From Candidatus Phoenicimicrobium oleiphilum (GTDB lineage: Bacteria; Atribacterota; Phoenicimicrobiia; Phoenicimicrobiales; Phoenicimicrobiaceae), in NCBI GenBank assembly GCA_039638295.1, contig JBDIWJ010000037.1, positions 1 to 19,091 on the forward strand: a stretch of DNA of 19,091 nt. The letters are read 5' to 3'. The notes under the pieces were generated by a model. It was not told where the DNA came from. It did not search any database and was given only the letters and a program-made list of their open reading frames with translations. Positions 16,401 through 19,091 of this stretch are shown in pieces (position 1 is the stretch's first letter; the number at the start of each line of letters is the position of its first letter). The translations under genes and the position numbers were made by a program.

Positions 16401-18355
16401 TCTATAATTTTGCTGTCTAAGTCTAATAATTCAACTATCTTCATCTTCAAAAAATTTTCTGCTGGAATTGTTGAAGCTGAAACATTATCAGTAAATATTT
16501 CTTTCAAAGGATTCAGGATTTTTGATTTTTTACTAAGCCGGGATATTAAACTCAAGGTTGTCTCCAGAGCTAAAAGTCTCAAATTAATATTTTCCTTTTT
16601 TAACATTTCTATAACATAATTAAATAGCCTCTGTGAAGATTTTTTATCAGAAGATATGGGGATATATTTAGCTGTTTTTATTAAACATAATTGAACATCT
16701 TCATTAACATATAAATCCTTTTTGTAATGTCTTAATATAATTTTTCTATAATGACTGGCCTGATTATCTCGACTGTTTGCAAAAAGAGAAGAAATCATTA
16801 TATCAGTACTATTTATGATTCGATATTGGTGAAGGGGGATTTTTTTGTGGTCTGGCTGTAAAAAATACTTTAAGTATTTATTCAATAAATCATAACTGGT
16901 AATAGCTGGAGGTTCAAGATTAACGTCCAGGGGAATCTCCTTGCGATAATCTTCATCAAAGGTAGCAATTAATCTACCGATAAGTTTTGCACTTCTTCTC
17001 CTTATTTCATCTTCAGGATGAGTTAATTGTTCATATAAATATCGCAAGGTAATCATTTTCTGTCTTTGGGTTAAGTAAGTGGAATATTCATTAAATATTT
17101 GTAAATATTCTCGTAGATTGTTCCAATCTTTTTCACTTCGAGCTAACTCCAACAGTGAATTTAGAGAAGATTCGTTTCGTAGTTCATGCATTAAGTGTAT
17201 ATTGTGTTCTATAGAAAGAAATTTTATATTTTGTATAACTTCCTGGCTATGCATAAGTGAATAATAAGGATTTCTTCTTTTCTCAGGTAGATATATATCT
17301 TTATGCTCTAAATCAACATTTACTCCTAAATTTATCATATAATTTTCAAAATCCTTTAATTTTGCATATACTCGGCCATATCTTCTCCTTTTTCTTTCAT
17401 CAACATTATCCAGTTTGCTCAAAATTATTTGAAAAGAATCTTTAAGAGTAAAAATCTTCATCTTCTCTGTATTAGAATTACTATTTTCGTTTTTTACCCG
17501 AAAGTCAGAATAGATTAAAATAAGAGATTCCAGGGGTAAATTTTCTAATTCTAAATCCCAAACGGAATGGTTAACCGCAATATGTCCGATATAAGGAATA
17601 TTATGCTTTTTAAACCACATATCAGTATAGTAATAATGTAGATAAGGCGTTCTCTTAATCTCAATATTTTTACATCCATATTTCCCTATATCGTGTCCCG
17701 CTGCCGCCCCTGAAACTCTCGCTAAATCAACTGGAAGACCCCTACTATATAATTGTCGACCAATAAATAAGGCAATCCAATTAACCCCACATATATGGTC
17801 AAGGGTATTATAATTTAAAACTTCCTGACTCAGTTTCATCATCTCATAGAGGTATTCATCGTTAAATGCCTTTACAAATCTTTTATATTCAGCAGGATTT
17901 TCTAATTTAGCTTTTTCTTCAGCAGTTAGAAAATTTAGGGGGTATTTACTTTGAAAAGTAGAATCATCAGAAGATTTTTGGAACTCTGAAATCACTCTTA
18001 AAACTTCTAAATAAAACAAGAAAGTCTTACGACAATCAACAGAGATATTCTCAAAAGAAAGTTCTACTGCATCAGGGAAAGATTTAGATAGAGCAAATTG
18101 ATATACTTTATAAAGCCAATTATGGGAATTATGTTTCTTATCGATTGTAGCAAGTATACTCTGACATAAAGCATATACCGCCTGGCAGCTATAATCTTTA
18201 TTTTCTACTATATACAATAATTTATTCGAAAACTCAGGGCTTTCGATATATTTTTTGGCAAACTCTTTCTCTGAAGAAGTAATATCCAATATATCTGGAT
18301 TCATAAACCTTTTTGATATTTCTTTAGATAAATCTTCAACCAGAGATTTAATCAT
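13430..18355 (-). CDS. 1641-aa multidomain protein: HD domain, HEAT-like helical region, NadD-like nucleotidyltransferase, GNAT-like region, type I PRTase-like domain
   Basis: H187...H221-D222...D284; GSFDPFSLSH, GSD, ISSSQIR and YIYENNLY (aa about 925-1119); VILIDDYLHKG (aa 1449-1459). Uninterrupted ORF with an AGAGG RBS. Confidence 0.85.
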   Translation of the reverse strand: MIKSLVEDLSKEISKRFMNPDILDITSSEKEFAKKYIESPEFSNKLLYIVENKDYSCQAVYALCQSILATIDKKHNSHNWLYKVYQFALSKSFPDAVELSFENISVDCRKTFLFYLEVLRVISEFQKSSDDSTFQSKYPLNFLTAEEKAKLENPAEYKRFVKAFNDEYLYEMMKLSQEVLNYNTLDHICGVNWIALFIGRQLYSRGLPVDLARVSGAAAGHDIGKYGCKNIEIKRTPYLHYYYTDMWFKKHNIPYIGHIAVNHSVWDLELENLPLESLILIYSDFRVKNENSNSNTEKMKIFTLKDSFQIILSKLDNVDERKRRRYGRVYAKLKDFENYMINLGVNVDLEHKDIYLPEKRRNPYYSLMHSQEVIQNIKFLSIEHNIHLMHELRNESSLNSLLELARSEKDWNNLREYLQIFNEYSTYLTQRQKMITLRYLYEQLTHPEDEIRRRSAKLIGRLIATFDEDYRKEIPLDVNLEPPAITSYDLLNKYLKYFLQPDHKKIPLHQYRIINSTDIMISSLFANSRDNQASHYRKIILRHYKKDLYVNEDVQLCLIKTAKYIPISSDKKSSQRLFNYVIEMLKKENINLRLLALETTLSLISRLSKKSKILNPLKEIFTDNVSASTIPAENFLKMKIVELLDLDSKIIEEYREFYQKDLEKIQYIFLSNLKTSTSWIVKKIQIELLLEHTLKTKQEEIYTALHFCNILKVSGVESIRNLAGQTLVNLMPSLSFEQRNDIAIELLRALEMEDYQFTKYIPYYLGQLIIFLPPDELEELIDDLIEKIKQSDPKLSSLLLRTIGIAIANYPKYKERFQESRKSYENKLNKMIGILLNGFVHYSLQVKQVAFRVIGREIFGSKHLSLEDKNHIFQLIAKKILTLLAPVSKEGLMFLSNCNGLNYMYKFISDYNFFKGSINLKAPSKIAFFPGSFDPFSLSHKEIVKKIEALGFEVYLAVDEFSWSKRTQPHLFRKNIINISIADELKVYLYPEDLPVNIANPNDLQALRSNFPSSEVYMVVGSDVVLNASAYQKEKTENSIHTFPHIIFDRGTLNITNKKEKNIEEAIKKIEKEIINLNLTPRYEEISSSQIRNNIDENRDISKFIDPLVQKYIYENNLYQREPQYKSIMQTISIDVQIIENITSDLIEELYHKIFSQYNREDIFKKFNEFSHKLNPRFLLLRDLEHNGILLGFSAFHWVRSSSLFQEFNNNLISEYIRENAVGRIMIIDGIYTINEVENKSELENLEQIILTETLSFCIEKDYSYTIFRNILNNYSLNSLYENLELMGFYRLPFSDEDNPVFVVDMSKPCIINLETESVIKEPFNQNSNIKKSIIKSRKKLLKSLTSFYSGNIVLPFNINLINQTIVKKICKLNNVPTIPLTPRVLGDSICVPFGKILHKMVVPNTVTKSLHTEKIFSPDMKSFEIGAFPNYMSLENQVKVIRSFNMPVILIDDYLHKGYRIKTLEPLFQKYDIKIKKIILGALSGSGKEIASLLNRDVDSVHFIPNLRLWFNESELYPFIGGDAIKRKSRSQGNLVRSINLILPYTFPSFIKNVSGKIIYNFSKVCMESALTILEALEDEYQSIQQRKLTLNHLGEVIIYPRYPDQGENMEYNLNLSPSHYLRNDLELLERMEEMVDRRN

Positions 18356-18502
18356 TATAAGAACCTCTATCTTTTTATATTTAAAATTGTATTTTTAAAA
18401 TATTATCTTTCTAATTTATATTATAACTAAAAATCATTAAATTTTACAATGTAGTTATATCTTCTATAATTATAACCCAAAGGTAAACAAAATGTTAATT
18501 TA

Positions 18503-18572
18503 GTAGCTCTACATATCATAATGGTAGCTCTTTTATATATCATAATTGTAGGGGCACGATGTATCGTGCCCC
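18503..18572 (+). repeat. GTAG-footed REP-like palindrome preceded by two imperfect tandem copies of a GTAG-starting unit
   Basis: GTAG at 18548, then ggggcacgat-gt-atcgtgcccc (18551-18572). gtagctct...atatcataat occurs at 18503-18522 and 18524-18546. Confidence 0.65.
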
Positions 18573-18697
18573 CAGAGTGGGCTGTGCATAAAAAAATAAG
18601 GGCGCAATTCAATGTACCATATACAAAACTTGTTGAAAATACTTTTGGCTTTTTGAAGAATAATTATCTATATATAGATAACAAGAAAATCTTCTTA

Positions 18698-18743
18698 AAA
18701 ATACTAAAGGGCACTACACTATTAGGTTATATTGTGCCCTTTA
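18698..18743 (-). terminator. Probable terminator downstream of the nifU-like gene
   Basis: Inverted repeat taaagggcac (18705-18714) / gtgcccttta (18734-18743), followed on the minus strand by gtattttt. Confidence 0.55.
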
Positions 18744-18773
18744 ATATCTTAATATTTATTTATTGAATGGTAA

Positions 18774-18995
18774 TTATACTGCTACAACTTCCTTTATTTC
18801 AGGAATTTCTTTCTTTAGTGCCCTACCAATACCCATCTGTAGAGTCATCTGCCTCATTGGACAACCCGCACAGGAACCAGTAAGTTTCAATTTAACTATT
18901 CCATCAGAAGTAACTTCCACTAATTCAACATCTCCACCATCTGCTTGCAGAGATGGTCTTATCTTCTCTAACGCAGCTTCTACTCTTTTTTGCAT
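18774..18995 (-). CDS. NifU C-terminal/Nfu-type Fe-S cluster carrier (single domain)
   Basis: IRPSLQADGGDVEL...L-x-G-S-C-A-G-C-P (CxxC) with a strong AGGAGG RBS. Confidence 0.95.
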   Translation of the reverse strand: MQKRVEAALEKIRPSLQADGGDVELVEVTSDGIVKLKLTGSCAGCPMRQMTLQMGIGRALKKEIPEIKEVVAV

Positions 18996-19091
18996 TTCTT
19001 CCTCCTAATATAAATTATTGATTACCTAAATTAATATTATTAAAATCAGGTATCTCTCTTTTTATTGAAATAATGTTAGCACATTTTCTAT

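Noticed and set aside
18427..18766. ORFs 18427-18612 (-) and 18521-18766 (+)
   Set aside because: They span the REP-like palindrome and hairpins, with no convincing RBS or protein motif.
9499..19008. Short plus-strand ORFs (9499, 12759, 15357, 16410, 17079, 17257, 18763)
   Set aside because: Antisense to well-supported minus-strand genes.
19021..19085. Imperfect palindromes upstream of the nifU-like gene (tacct...aggta; aatgt-tagc-acatt)
   Set aside because: Too short or degenerate in AT-rich DNA to assign to a regulator.

Overview
AT-rich bacterial chromosomal window with all real genes on the minus strand. The gene style is Firmicutes-like or deep-branching anaerobe; exact taxonomy cannot be fixed from the sequence alone. 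In transcription order (right to left) it holds: a small NifU/Nfu-type Fe-S carrier; a putative operon of a 1641-aa multidomain protein (HD domain, helical repeats, NadD-like nucleotidyltransferase, GNAT-like region, type I PRTase motif), an atypical LDH/MDH-fold dehydrogenase, a double flavodoxin/iron-sulfur flavoprotein-like protein and rlmN; tRNA-Ile2(CAT); a C4 zinc-ribbon coiled-coil protein; the RNase P RNA gene rnpB (type A); and the start of the dcw cluster (mraZ-rsmH-ftsL-ftsI-murE-murF-mraY). Three things stand out. (1) The multidomain protein, dehydrogenase and flavoprotein form a cassette of unknown function with altered catalytic motifs. (2) Helix P19 of RNase P RNA is expanded to about 104 nt by 7/8-nt periodic repeats that recur (25/28 identical) in dcw intergenic spacers. 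(3) MurE has several altered substrate-specificity motifs (DNPK instead of DNPR).
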